The notes beneath the pieces were generated by a model. It had not been told where the DNA came from and did no database searches. It saw only the letters and a list, made by a program, of their open reading frames with translations. A program made the position numbers and the translations under genes. A DNA stretch of 63,112 nucleotides, the filler included, from Chiloscyllium plagiosum (taxonomy: Eukaryota), in NCBI RefSeq assembly GCF_004010195.1. It is 5 parts of one record of this genome, joined end to end, with 100 filler letters (N's around TTAATTAATTAA, not from the genome) between each part and the next. Parts side by side here need not be neighbours in the genome. Positions count along the whole stretch, not along the records: positions 46,197 to 57,117 come from NC_057715.1; positions 57,218 to 63,112 come from NC_057715.1; 3 more parts are not named here. One strand, written 5' to 3'. Shown here piece after piece: positions 49,640-61,486 of this stretch. The stretch's first letter is position 1; every line of letters begins with the position of its first letter.

Positions 49640-51480
49640 GCAGAGATGGAAGGTTAAAAACTTTTCAGCATCAAGTTACCTGCTAATACATGGTCAGCAG
49701 CAGGGAAGAATCTTGTAGAAGAAATCTTTGAGGCAAGATTTAATAAGGTTGAATCTACAGTCAATGGTAAAAGCCTTTCAGTCCTGCTAAGTGAGCACTG
49801 CAGCAAGAAAGAGTTGGAATTTGCTGAAGAAGGAGAATTAGTTACTCCAGATACAATTGTTTGAATAGTTGATGATGTCATAGATTATCAAGATGTAAAA
49901 GAAGCTACAAATACTTCTGAAGTACCAAAAGTCTTTGACAATTAATTTTGTCTCTAGACAAATAAGATTCTTGAAAGAGCAAGGTTTAAGTGAAAGAGTT
50001 CAATGTCCACAGAATCCTTACATGATGTCATGAATACTGTCCTTTGATTAACAGAGAAAGACAACTATGATGACTTCATGCCAGAATTCATAAAGGGACA
50101 ATAAAATTGATGGAATTGCTGGTGAGTCTTCAGATTTATTATAGTCAAAAAGATGATGTGATTCAAGAGAAGGTCATTCAGATTGTGAGTGAAGCAAATG
50201 TCTAAAGGCAACATTTAAAGAAGGAGATCTTATCACAGGAGATCAAGTCCATTATATTCTTAAAGGTAAAAAAAACACCGAAAAGACATGAGAAAACAAT
50301 ACAGTAAAGAGGACAAAAACCAAACAAAGTCCCTGTTTGTGGTACAGAGCAAAGAAAGCTCAAGCTGTTAAAATTAAAGTGCTTTGCATGTCACACAATA
50401 GGCTCCTTTCAGAAAATATGCCAAAATAGGACACGAATCTCAGAATAGCAAGAAATCAACTAATTACCTGCATAAAAAGGTTAAAGAGAGAGAAGTCTGC
50501 AATAGAAGAAAATCCAAATATTTTCCAAGGATAAATAGGTGATCCAGACCTAAATTTTATGTCAATGTTCACATTATGTATTTCAAGTTAGACATTGTTA
50601 TGACCTGATAGTGAGTCATGGCTAAGAAATCACCATCTACAGCTAACGATAGTGCAACTACATAGTCCAGGAAGAATAGCATTAAGAATAAAGATATGCT
50701 ACAAGCAATTCTCCAGTAGTAGAGTTGCCAGATAGCAGGGGAATAAAGTTATTTAAACTTCACAATGACTCAAGTATGAATGGGTGCTTTGTTCTCAATC
50801 TTGTTTAAAAGGTCAAAGAGGTGAAACAGCAAATATTAGAGAGCTACATTGAACAGGAATACTCTTTTTTTAGAGGATTAGGGAAGCTCAAAATTGAATA
50901 CAGTATGACACTAAAAGATACCATGCTATTATGCCGCTATATACTCAGAAAGATTCTGCATTTATTAATCAAACAAATGAAGAAATAACTTTCGGAGATG
51001 ACTAGAGTGGACATTGTTTTCCTCGTTTCAAAATGAACTGAGTTGGTGTACAGGCACAGTGACTGTGACTGAACCTAATGGGTCCTTCTCAGTTTTGTTT
51101 TGTTGATCTTACAAAACTCAAGACAATGATGAGAAAAATTCAACATATATCAATGGTTGAGAGCTCAGCTAACTTATCAAAAAATAAAGTTTTCAAAAAA
51201 TTCAATGCAAATAGCATGTTCTGGAAGGTGCTATTGGGTGAGCAGTAAAGATTGCTTATTGTATTTATAACCCAATTTAGGATATTTTGTATCAGACTGC
51301 CATTTGGGATTGACTGACTTTCTGATATTTTACAAGCTCTTCACAGTGTCCTGTCACACAAATAATGTATTTATACATGGGGAAAATATTGGAGGAGCAT
51401 GATCAGAGAGAATATGCAATCTGAAAGCACTTAAAAGTTACCTTATCCTTAATTATAATTGTAAATTTTACCAAGAAACT
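49640..51480 (+). mobile_element. Decayed Gypsy/Ty3 LTR retrotransposon gag-protease-RT
   Basis: Broken-frame motifs ILERARF (gag), FKLDI (protease), FRGLGKLKIEY, VDLTKL, NANSMFW, RLPFGI. Confidence 0.75.
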
Positions 51481-52579
51481 ACTATGGTCTGATGCATCAT
51501 TTATAAGCTTAAGAATACTTCTGTTCTAAGTCCAGTCAGATAGTGTCTATTACACATCATTAGTATTATATGATATAATCAGAAACACAATATGATTGAA
51601 AAGAAGTGATGTCGCTCACATCAGCTGATTTTAGTAACAAGTGATTTGCTGGCCTGTTTTCCAATGAGGGAAAGAACAAACATTAAGGTTGGGATGTTTC
51701 ACCATTTATAGTACAAACGAATAAAGGTCTGTTAATAGAGTTAATTTAGGAAAATGTGCATCAAATAAAATTATATTTTGGACAGAAGTCCTGAGTACTG
51801 AAAATTTGTGAAACTATTTACAGAATAAATGATGAAAGCGTGTGTCATGAGATTCCACTTTACCATCGTATATATGGCCTTCTTGTTCTTGTATTCTAGG
51901 ACAGAAACTCAAAAATATGTAATAGTTTACATACTAAGTAAACTAGTGACAAAGCATTGGACTACAGCCATCAATTTGCTTTACTGCTGCAAGAGATTTG
52001 ATTAAGCTTCTAGTTAAGTAAAATGTCTCCAATTACGTATTACACAATGCCAAAGGTCAATGTTCAGTCGTACATGCTAGTACTATACACAACTATGAAT
52101 CAACCTTCAATTTTATTATATATCAAAGTTCCTTAATTTGGTGTTGTGTGTTCAACAATGCATGATCTTTGGGCTGATCAGAAACGTGGCATCATCTGCA
52201 TCCTGTCCACAGTTTTGGTTTGTTCATTCAGATTTTTTTAAAACAACCTATTCAGAGATGTGAGGACATACCTCAGAGGAGCTGAGTCTTGAAACTGGAT
52301 CTCCTGGGCCAGAAGTAGGTACTCTGCACCTGGCTCTTGTGACACAGTGATAATCATTCATTTATATTTTCCCTTCACCACCAGGAAAATGATCGTATGG
52401 CCAATTGAATATTTATAAGCAAAACATTTTAAGGGTAATGCTAACATCATAAAATGAGGCGGGAACTGGGTGCAATAATTCATGCCGACAAAATTAACAG
52501 GTTTCAGTTGTAGCCATAGTTGTAGCCATAGAAATTGTACTTCAAACCAGTATTAAAGTGTCTTAAAGTACTTCATATT

Positions 52580-52933
52580 GGTGGCTCAGTAGTTAGCACT
52601 GCTGCCTCACAGTGTCAGGGTCACGAATTTGATTCCGTGTCACTCCCTAGTGGCTGTCTGTATGGAGTTTGCAAATTCTTCCTATGTCTATGTGGGTTTC
52701 ATCTGTGTGCTCCAGTTTCCTCCCACAGTCCAAAGATGTTCAAATTAGCAGAATTGGCTGCACTAAATTGCCCTGTAGTGTCCAGGATTGTGCAGGCTCG
52801 GTGGATTAGTCATGGTAATTACAAGGTTGTAGGGATGGGGTTGGTTCTGGGTGGGATTCTGTACGGAGGATCGGCTTGGACTTAATGGACCAAATGGCCT
52901 GCTTCCTCACTGTAGGGATTCTATGATGCTATG
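52580..52933 (+). mobile_element. Older HE1-type SINE
   Basis: gtggctcagtagttagcactgctgcctcacag...tttcctcccacagtccaaagatg...gggattctatgatg. Confidence 0.8.
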
Positions 52934-53209
52934 AGATTATTAGGTCGTAGCCAATAGGAGCAGGAAGAGGTCAGTCAGCTCATTGAATAATGGAGCAATT
53001 CAAGATGATCATGGTTGACCTGATTGTGGGGTCTTAACTCCACTTTCTAATATATCCCCTTAAACCTCACCTCCCTTGTAGATTAAATATAACTTGCTCA
53101 TTGCCTTGAAGACATTCAATAACACAGTTTCTACTTCCATGTAGTAGAGAATTCCAAGGTTTAACAACCCTCTAGATAAAATTCTTCATCTCCAATTTAA
53201 AATTACTTT

Positions 53210-54420
53210 TAAACAAAAGCAGAAATTGCTGGAGAAGCTCTCCAAGTCTGGCCACATTTGAGCAGAAAAAGCAGAGTTAATGTTTCAGTCCAGTGACTTT
53301 CCTCAGAACTAATAGTAGCTAGGAAAAGATGGTGTATGTATGCTGGATATGGGAGAGGTGGAGTGAGGGATGGAGTAAGGGAGTGAGAAAATTAGTGGAG
53401 ATGGGCCGAGAAAGAGAGAAACGCAGTTAGGCACGCAAAGGGATATATAATGGTCTGTAAGGGAAGGAGAAAAACTGATAATGGGGACCAAAGTAGGTAA
53501 AAATGGGTTGAATGTGCTGAAAGCAGCCCATGTGAATGACAAGGCGGGAGTGTGGAGTGGACAAAGGACATGGAAGAAGGTGTTCAGGTCCTAAGATTAT
53601 TGAACTCAATACCAAGTACTGAAGGCTGCAAGGTACTCAAGTGGAAAATGAGATGTTTTTTCTTCCACCTTGTGCTGAATCTCACTGGAGTACTGCAGTA
53701 GGGACAGGACAAAAATGTAGACCAGGGAACACAGTATTGGAGTGGCAACCTACTGGAAGCTTGGGGTCATTTTTGCAGACAAATATAGACATTCCGCAAA
53801 GCAGTCGCCCAGCCTGTGTTTGTCTCCCCAATGTAGAGGAGACAACATTGTGAGCAGCAAATACAGTGGACTAGATTGAATGAACTGAACAGTGTATCTC
53901 AAGGCTTGGATAATGAAGTGGGAGGAAGTAAATGGACAGGTGTTACACCGTCTGCAATTGAAAAGGAAGGTGCCATTGGGATGTGTGGACATATTGGGAG
54001 TGTAGGAGGAGTGGACCAGGATTTCCAGACGGACTGGTCTCTGCAGAATTCTGACAATGCAGGGAAGGAAATGTGAGTCTGGTGATGGAATCCCTCTGGA
54101 GGTTATGGAAATGGCAACATATGATCCTTTGGATGCAGGTGCTGGTTGTGAAGAAAGTGAGCACCAGGAGGATCCTATTGCTGGTGTGAGAAGCAAACGA
54201 ACATGTGAGGGCAGAAGTGCAGGAGTTGGGTCAGATTTGGCAAAGGACCCTATCCTCAGTTGAGGTTAAAATAAAGCTGAGCATTTCTGAGAGCTCTTTG
54301 TGGAAGATAGCATCATCAGGAGAGATGTAACAGAGACATAAATCAGGAGAATGGAATGGAGTCTTCACAGGAAACAGGTGATGGGATGTATTGTCCAGGT
54401 AACTGTGAGAGTCAGTGATT
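53210..54420 (-). mobile_element. Old PLE family D, 3' half with hammerhead motif (53275-53310)
   Basis: GTFLFNCRRCNTCPFTS and a GIY-YIG relic; terminus AGUU-CUGAGGA-A-AGUC(ACUG)GACU-GAAACAUU/AACU. Confidence 0.78.
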
Positions 54421-54690
54421 TTGTTAATTTTAAACTATTCCAGCTTCTAGATTCCCCCCACAAGCAGGCTCAATCTGTTTAACCTTTTTGTATAAGACAA
54501 TACCTTCCTCCCAGAAAGTAGCCTAATGAGCATTCTCTGAATGGTTACCAGTGCATGTACATCTCTCCCTAAGGAAGGGGTTCAAAGCTGTACCCAACAC
54601 CCTAAGTGCCCAATATCTATATAGCTGCAGTCAGATTTAACTATTTTTATACTGCAGTCCCTTTGCAATAAAAGCCAACTTTCCATTTGC

Positions 54691-55048
54691 GTAGGAGAAA
54701 GTGAGGACTGCAGATGCTGGAGATCAGAGGTGAAAAATGCGTTGTTGGAAAAGCACAGCAGGTCAGGCAGCATCCAAGGAGCAGGAGAATCGATGTTTCG
54801 GGCTTAAGCCCTTCTTCAGGAATGAGGAAAGTGTGCCAAGCAGGCTAAGGTAAAAGGAAGGGAGGAGGGACTTGGGGGAGGGGCATTGGGAATGCGATAG
54901 GTGGAAGGAGGTTAAGGGAGGGTGATAGGCCGGAGAGGGGGTGGGGGTGGAGAGGTCAGGAAGAAGATTGCAGGTCAAGAGGGCGGTACTGAGTCCGAGG
55001 GTTGGGACTGAGATGAGGTGGGGGAAGCTGGAGAAATCTGCATTCATC
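54691..55048 (-). mobile_element. PLE family A terminal repeat inserted in an old CR1
   Basis: Hammerhead core at 54792-54819 (ACGU changed to ACAU); flanking CCATTTGC direct repeat. Confidence 0.85.
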
Positions 55049-56605
55049 CCATTTGCTTACCTAATTATATGCTGTATATGTACACTAACCCATAATGATT
55101 ATTTATGAGGCTACTCAGGATCCCTCTTGTACCATTGCATTTTGCAGTCTTTCCCCATGTTACATTCCTTCTGTCATTTTATAAACCACACAGTTAACCT
55201 GGTTATATTTCTTTGCAGACTTTGTATTTACTGCATAATTTGCTTTCCTAAAAACCTTTGTATCATTAGCAAATTTGTCATGAATACAATTGGGGCCTTC
55301 ATCCAAGCCACTAACAGAATATAAACAGTTGAGCCTCCAGTAGTACTGTCAGGGTCCACCAGTTATAGTTTGCAACTTGAAAATTACCTACTTATCATGC
55401 TCATTTAGGATGACAGACCTCTACTACTTAACACAATGAGTTCTTAGCTGGTGTAGTAATCTCTTACTTTACAATTTATTGTAGTTTATTTGATTTTCTA
55501 AAGATATTCATCTTCAGATTACCCTTTGTCTACCTTGGGTGTTATATCCTCAAAGAATAGCAGAACAGCTACAAGGCATTCTGAAGGGGAAGACTACTAA
55601 AGTTAGCATCTCTGGATTACTTCCAGTGTCACACATTCATGAGAGTAGGAACATGTGGCTAAAGGAATGAAGGCCTTTAGATTTTTGCATGGTTGGGATA
55701 GCTTCTGGGGTAGGTGGAACCTGTACAAAACTGGACAATTTGCTCCTGAACCAAATGTGTTAAGGTAAATTTCGGACGACACCAGCTTCAGATCCCGGAC
55801 ACTTTATTTCTGAAAACTGCGGGAGAGATCCTGAGTGCCACCAAAGGAGTCTGGCAGTCTTCTTGTGGAGAGATTTTCCCTGATGAATCTCTGAACATTA
55901 CAAGTAAATAGCATTTTTTACATCTTGGTCAAGTATAATTGGTACAAAGAGCTCTGACATCACAGGGCAGAATTCAAATCATGTAAACAATATGCATTTT
56001 TCACTCTCACAATAGCTGAAGATCGCTGCCTTCCTATGATATTATGAAACTGTTCACAGAAACTTGTGACTGTACTGTTCTCAATCTCATGTTAATTGAT
56101 AAAGGGATAGATAATAGGTTTTAGTATTAGTAGTGCAGTTAGTCTTCACATACTCTTGTTAACTGTTAAGGAAGTATATGAATGGAAACAAGAGGTAGTT
56201 AATGGGATGTCTGATCAGGGCTGACAGTCCTATTCAAAAAGCAAGTATCTTCGCTCAGAGCTGGGAGCAAAATACACACGCATGGCTCCAGATAGCTATG
56301 TTAATAGGGGGGGAGGGGAGCAGCCAGACCCCTGCTGTGATCTCTGGTCTCTGCCTGCCACTGGACAGGCATACAGTTGAATACATGCAGAATCATTCTA
56401 AAAAAGGGATTTAATCCTTGAATTCCCACTGCCTTTAACCACTAGGATAAGCCAGTGAAACAGTACATTTTACTTTTCAGGGTTCATAACCTTCATCATT
56501 AGGTCCAATATCCTTGCTAGGAAGTTTGTTTATGTTGTTGGGAAGGTTTTAAATTGTTTTGGCAGGGGAATGGAGCACATAATAGATGTAAAGTCAGGAA
56601 CAATA

Positions 56606-56922
56606 TTGGCAGTACAGTGGCTGTGTGGTTAGCTCTGCTGCCTGACAACACCTATGACCTAGGTTTGATTCCTGTGTGGAGTTTGCACATTCTCCCAGTG
56701 TCTGTATGTGTTTTTGCCAAGTGATCTGGTTTCTTCCTATTGTCCAAAGATATGCAGTTTAGATGGATCGACCATGCTAAATTGCCCCATAGTGTTCAGG
56801 GATGTGTGGAGTAAGTGAATTAACTATGGTAAAATAACCATGGGGTTACGGGGATAGGATGGAGCGCTAGGTCTAGGGGCAAGATGGTCTTCAAAGGGTC
56901 AGTACAGACTCAGTAGGTTGAA
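56606..56922 (+). mobile_element. Older HE1-type SINE
   Basis: gtggttagctctgctgcctg...ctgtgtggagtttgcacattctccc...ccatgctaaattgccc. Confidence 0.75.
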
Positions 56923-56924
56923 TG

Positions 56925-57117
56925 AGGTAAAAACAATAACTGCAGATGCTGGAAACCAGATTCTGGAGTAGTGGTGCTGGAAGAGCACAGCAATTCAGGC
57001 AGCATCCGAGGACAGGCAAAATCGACGTTTCGGGCAAAAGCCCTTCATCAGGAATAAAGGCAGAGAGCCTGAAGCGTGGAGAGATAAGCTAGAGGAGGGT
57101 AGGGGTGGGGAGAGAGT
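56925..57117 (-). mobile_element. PLE family A-variant terminal repeat with intact hammerhead core (57024-57051), running into the gap
   Basis: Reverse complement CUGAUGA-A-GGGC(UUUU)GCCC-GAA[ACGU]C. Confidence 0.85.
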
Positions 57118-57217
57118 NNNNNNNNNNNNNNNNNNNNNNNNNNNNNNNNNNNNNNNNNNNNTTAATTAATTAANNNNNNNNNNNNNNNNNNNNNNNNNNN
57201 NNNNNNNNNNNNNNNNN
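57118..57217. other. Assembly gap with artificial linker
   Basis: 44 N + TTAATTAATTAA + 44 N. Confidence 0.97.
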
Positions 57218-58302
57218 GGCGCAGAGGCGAAGGCGGCAGAAGAATTGTTCGATGTCTCGCCGCGTGTTGAACTCATTAATCCGAGGGCGTAGGGGAATGA
57301 AGGTGAGGCCTCTGCTGAGGACTGATCTTTCATCCTCAGAGAGGGGTAGTTCTGGAGGGATGGTGAAAACACGGCAGGGCTGGGAGCTGGGACCTGGTGT
57401 GGGACTGGGTTGGACGTGGGGGTGGGGACAGAGATCGGCGTGGGGGCGGGGTTAAGCGTGCGGGCGGAGATCGGCTTGGGGGCTAGGTTAGGCATGGTGA
57501 TGGAGATCGGCGTGGGGGCGGAAACGCATGCGGCGTGGTGGTTGTGCAGGTTAGTGATGTCACTGGGGGCGGAAGTGGCTGCGGCGACGGCAACCCAGGG
57601 GGCGGAAGTGTCTGTGGCGACGACAGAAACGCTGTTATTCCCGATAGCCGTGGACCCCGCAGAGGCCGCGAATCTGTCGGTGATGGTGTTCCTGGCGATC
57701 GTGGAGGCGATTGAAGTGGCTGCGGCGACGGCAACCCAGGGGGCGGAAGTGTCTGTGGCGACGACAGAAACGCTGTTATTCCCGATAGCCGTGGACCCCG
57801 CAGAGGCCGCGAATCTGTCGGTGATGGTGTTCCTGGCGATCGTGGAGGCGATTGTCTGGGCGGCGATCGCGGAGGCTGCGAGGTTGGTGGGGGCGGAATG
57901 ACGTCATGGTTCGCAGCGGCCGCGTGGTTAATGGCACCTGAGTAATTTTGGAGGCCGATGGAAGATTCTGGAACAGTTGAGGAACCCAGAGTGTGGGGGT
58001 AAGTACATGAAAGTTTTTGGTACTTACTGTCAGCACCACCTTCCTAACCTGCAATCTTCTTCCTGACCTCTCCCCTCCCACCCCCACTCCGGCCTATCAC
58101 CTCCTTCCACTTATTGCATTTCCAATGCTCCTCCCTACCTTTTATCTTAGCCTGCTGGACACACTTTCCTCATTTCTGAAGAAGGGCTCATGCCCGAAAT
58201 GTCGATTCTCCTGCTCCTTGGATACTGCCTGACCTGCTGCGCTTTTCCAGCAACACATTTTCAGCTCTGATCTCCAGCATCTGCAGTCCTCACTTTCACC
58301 TC
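57218..58302. mobile_element. PLE 5' ORF region (minus, 57218-58029) plus inverted terminal repeat (plus, 58030-58302)
   Basis: Minus strand PCRVFTIPPELPLSEDERSVLSRGLTFIPLRPRINEFNTRRDIEQFFCRLRL, typical of a PLE ORF N-terminus; hammerhead core at 58176-58203. Confidence 0.85.
57572..57853. repeat. Exact 141-bp tandem duplication
   Basis: Units start at 57572 and 57713. Confidence 0.92.
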
Positions 58303-58309
58303 AAACAAT

Positions 58310-59560
58310 ATATTCAGTCCAAAAGACTGCAAGATTCCCAAGCAGAAAATGAAGTGTTGTTCTTTCATCTTGTGCTGAGCTTCGCTAGAGCACTGTAGCA
58401 AGCTCGAGTCAAGTGCTGGCCAGGGAAAACAGTGGCGCGTTGAAGTGGCAGGTAACCAGAAGTTAAGGGTCATTTCTGTCGATTGAATGTAGGTATTCTG
58501 CAAAGTGGTTGCCCAGTGTGAGCGTATCTCTAAAATAGAGGAGACCACATTGTGAGCAATGAATGCAGTGGACTAGATTGAATGAACTGCAGTAAACTGC
58601 TGACTCACCTGGAAGGTGTGTTTGGGGCCGAGGGTAGTGAAAGGGAGGAAATAAATGGGCAGGTCTTACAATTTCTCTGATTGCATGGGAAGGCACTGTG
58701 TAACATGGAGACACATGTTGGGAATGGAGGAGGAGTGGACCAAGGTATCCTGGATGGAAGGCTGATAAGGGAGGGGAGGAGAATATGTGTCTGGTAGTGT
58801 CATCCCACTGGAGGTGGTAGACGTGGTGGTTAATGATCCTTTGGATGTCGATGCTGGTGGAATGGTGAGGACAAGTGGGACCCTATTACTGCTGTGGGAG
58901 GTAAAAGAGGGGTTAAGGGCCGAAGTGCAGGAGATAGGTTGGACACAGCCCTGTCAACCACAGTACTCGGGATTCCTTGGTTGAGGAAGAAGGTCAAAAT
59001 TTTGGAGGTCCGCTTGTCGAAGTTGACATTGCAGCAGAGGCGACAGAGACGGAAGAACTGGGAGAATGGAATAGTCTTTACAGGGAGTCGGGTGTGAGGA
59101 TGTATAGTCAAGATAACTGGGAGTTGTTGGGTTTGAGGTGGATGTTAGTGGCCAGCCTATCACTGGAAATAGAAACAAATGTCATGGAAGGGAATGGAGG
59201 AATCAGAGATGGATCAGGAGAAAGTGAGAACACATTGGAAATTAGAAGTGAAATAGCAAATTTTACCAAGTGTGTGTAAAAGAGGGAAGCAACACTGATG
59301 ATGTCATCAATGTATTAGAGAAACAGTTGTAGGTGGATGCCACAGTAGGTCTGGAACAAGTAATATTCCACAGATCCCATAAAGAGATAGGCGTAACTGG
59401 GGCCTATGCAGGTACCCATGACCACCCCTTTGACCTGAACTAAATGAGAGGATTTAAAGGAGACGTATTTCAAAGTGAGGGTGATCGAGGCCAGGGAGAG
59501 GAGATTGGTGGTGGTTGGGGATGGTTCATACCATTTTCCCAGCAAGAACCAGAGAGGCCT
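58310..59560 (-). mobile_element. Old PLE RT and GIY-YIG relic
   Basis: QVKGVVMGTCIGPSYAYLFMG, YIDD at ~59300, IPFSQFFRLCRLC, NLVHCIHCSQCGLLY. Confidence 0.82.
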
Positions 59561-59899
59561 GCCGCCATCGTGATGGGGAATGGATAAAGTAAAAGGATGA
59601 TTGCAACGAGATCAGCCAGCTGGGAATTATAACATATGACTTCCTTGATTGGATCAGATTACCAGTCCCAAACAGAGAACTCTGGCTGAAAGATAGAATA
59701 GGGAGTATCAGAGATACTACCATTGTGATAGCTGACTCTGAAGATGCAATTCTAATGTCAAAGACTGTTCATGACTAAATAAAGGGTGACTTAGTATTAG
59801 GATATTGGCCTCTTTGGAGTTATTTCAGTGGCAATGAGGGTGAAGCACATTCCTGAAGACTCTCGCTTGCAACAGTTGTCTTTGAGTTAAGGTAAGCAT

Positions 59900-61400
59900 T
59901 TCTCACATCAAGCTTTTGGTTTGGAAGCTTGAATCATTCAACTCTGTCATTGAGGACTAGGTGTAGTATATGGAAAGATTTTTTTCTGGGCAAACTACAC
60001 TGTGACAGATTAAAAATCCAATGAGCAATTCTCCTGACAGTCTGTGTAACGGTAGCTTTTTTCTGTTTTTAGGAGCCTAACTTTCCCTGAGGCACCAGAT
60101 ACCAAAACCTTCAAGGATATAGTTAAGGAATATTATGACCCCAAGTCTCCTGTAATTCTGAGATGCTATTGTTTTCATTCATCGATTCAAGAATCAGGGG
60201 AATCAAGATCAGGATTTTTGACTAAGATAACTGGCGGAAACCACTGTCTTTGGTTTAAACCTTTAGTGAGATGCTGAGAAACCATTTGGTATATGGAATT
60301 AATGATGTAGCAATGTAAAAATGGCAAATAGCTGAAGCCCAACTGCTGTTTAAACAACAGAAGTTGTTGGAAAAGTTCAGCAGGTCTGGCAGCAATTGTG
60401 AGGAGAAATCAGAGTTAACATTTCACGTCCAATGACCCTTGCTCTTTAAACAGGTACTACAACTGACTTTAGCATTGGAAAATGCAGCAGTGGAGCATAT
60501 GAATTGCAGAGTATTCCAATGAAAGTGGACACCCTTGCTAGTCTGAGTAAGCTTGGGGAACACCACTTGAGTGTATGCAATTGCATAGTCTCACTCAAGA
60601 CATAACCTAATCAGAGGGACTCTAGGTCAGCCCTCAGCAAAACTCCAAAACAAAGCCAAGCCTCAGCCAAATGGTTAAAATTTACTTCAGGATCCAGGCC
60701 AGCAAGCCATTGTTTTTGCTACCGGTATGTGGACTCAAAACAGCTAAAGAGTCCGAAGTTGATTAAGATATCTCGTAGGCCAGTACCCAAGAATGGTGTT
60801 CAGGAAAGTATTCTGGAAAATCCATGTACATCTAGTTCAGAACAGTTAAATTGCTTCTCAACATCAAAATCAGAACCAATCAAAATAAATGTCTGGTTGA
60901 ATGATCTCGAACTTCTAATGGAGGTCGACATTGGCACGGCCGTTTTAGTGATTATAGAATCAAAATTTGCTCTGGATTTCAGTCCTTAATTTATGTGAAA
61001 CCTCGGCTCGACAGAGAATCTATACCAGGGAACCTTTACAAATTAAGGGTGCAACTTCAGTTCTGATCTCATGAAAATCAGGTACTAGCAATTTTAGTAA
61101 AAGACTTGGGGCCGAGCTTAATGGGGTGAAATTGGTTGAGAAAGGTTCACCTAGATTGGCTCAACATTTTTTGATTAGAAAATGGGCTGCCGGAGTGAAA
61201 TCCTAATTAAGTACCCTGAAATCTTCGATGATGGTTTAGTGACTAATCAGAGGAGCTAAGGTCACATTGCATGTTGACCAGGAAACAATTCCATGATTCT
61301 GTAAGGCCTGCCGAGTGCCATTTGCATTATGGGCAAAAGTAAATATAGAAATCAAAAGGCTGGAAGGTGAAGGAATTACCAAACCAATCCAACTTTGTTC
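59900..61400 (+). mobile_element. Decayed Gypsy/Ty3 gag-protease-RT start (with a PLE family D tail at ~60352-60440)
   Basis: SLTFPEAPDTKTF, KEYYDPK, LVYGIND, LLMEVDIGTAVLVI (protease), YTREPLQIKG, GPSLMG*NWL, VPFAL...RLEGEGI. Confidence 0.8.
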
Positions 61401-61486
61401 ACTTAACAGAAATTACTATTCTATTATAAATAATCAGATTCTAGCTGCAAGTAAACAATTAAGAGCTGTTGGCATATAACTCTACT

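Noticed and set aside
57410..57901. 163-aa Ala/Val-rich plus-strand ORF with an internal repeat (also 30154-30378)
   Set aside because: It is the antisense shadow of the GC-rich PLE linker; no independent evidence of a protein.
6246..58203. Apparent excess of mutated hammerheads on the gene's sense strand
   Set aside because: Too few copies; the changes are ordinary CpG transitions and intact sense copies exist (6246, 57024).
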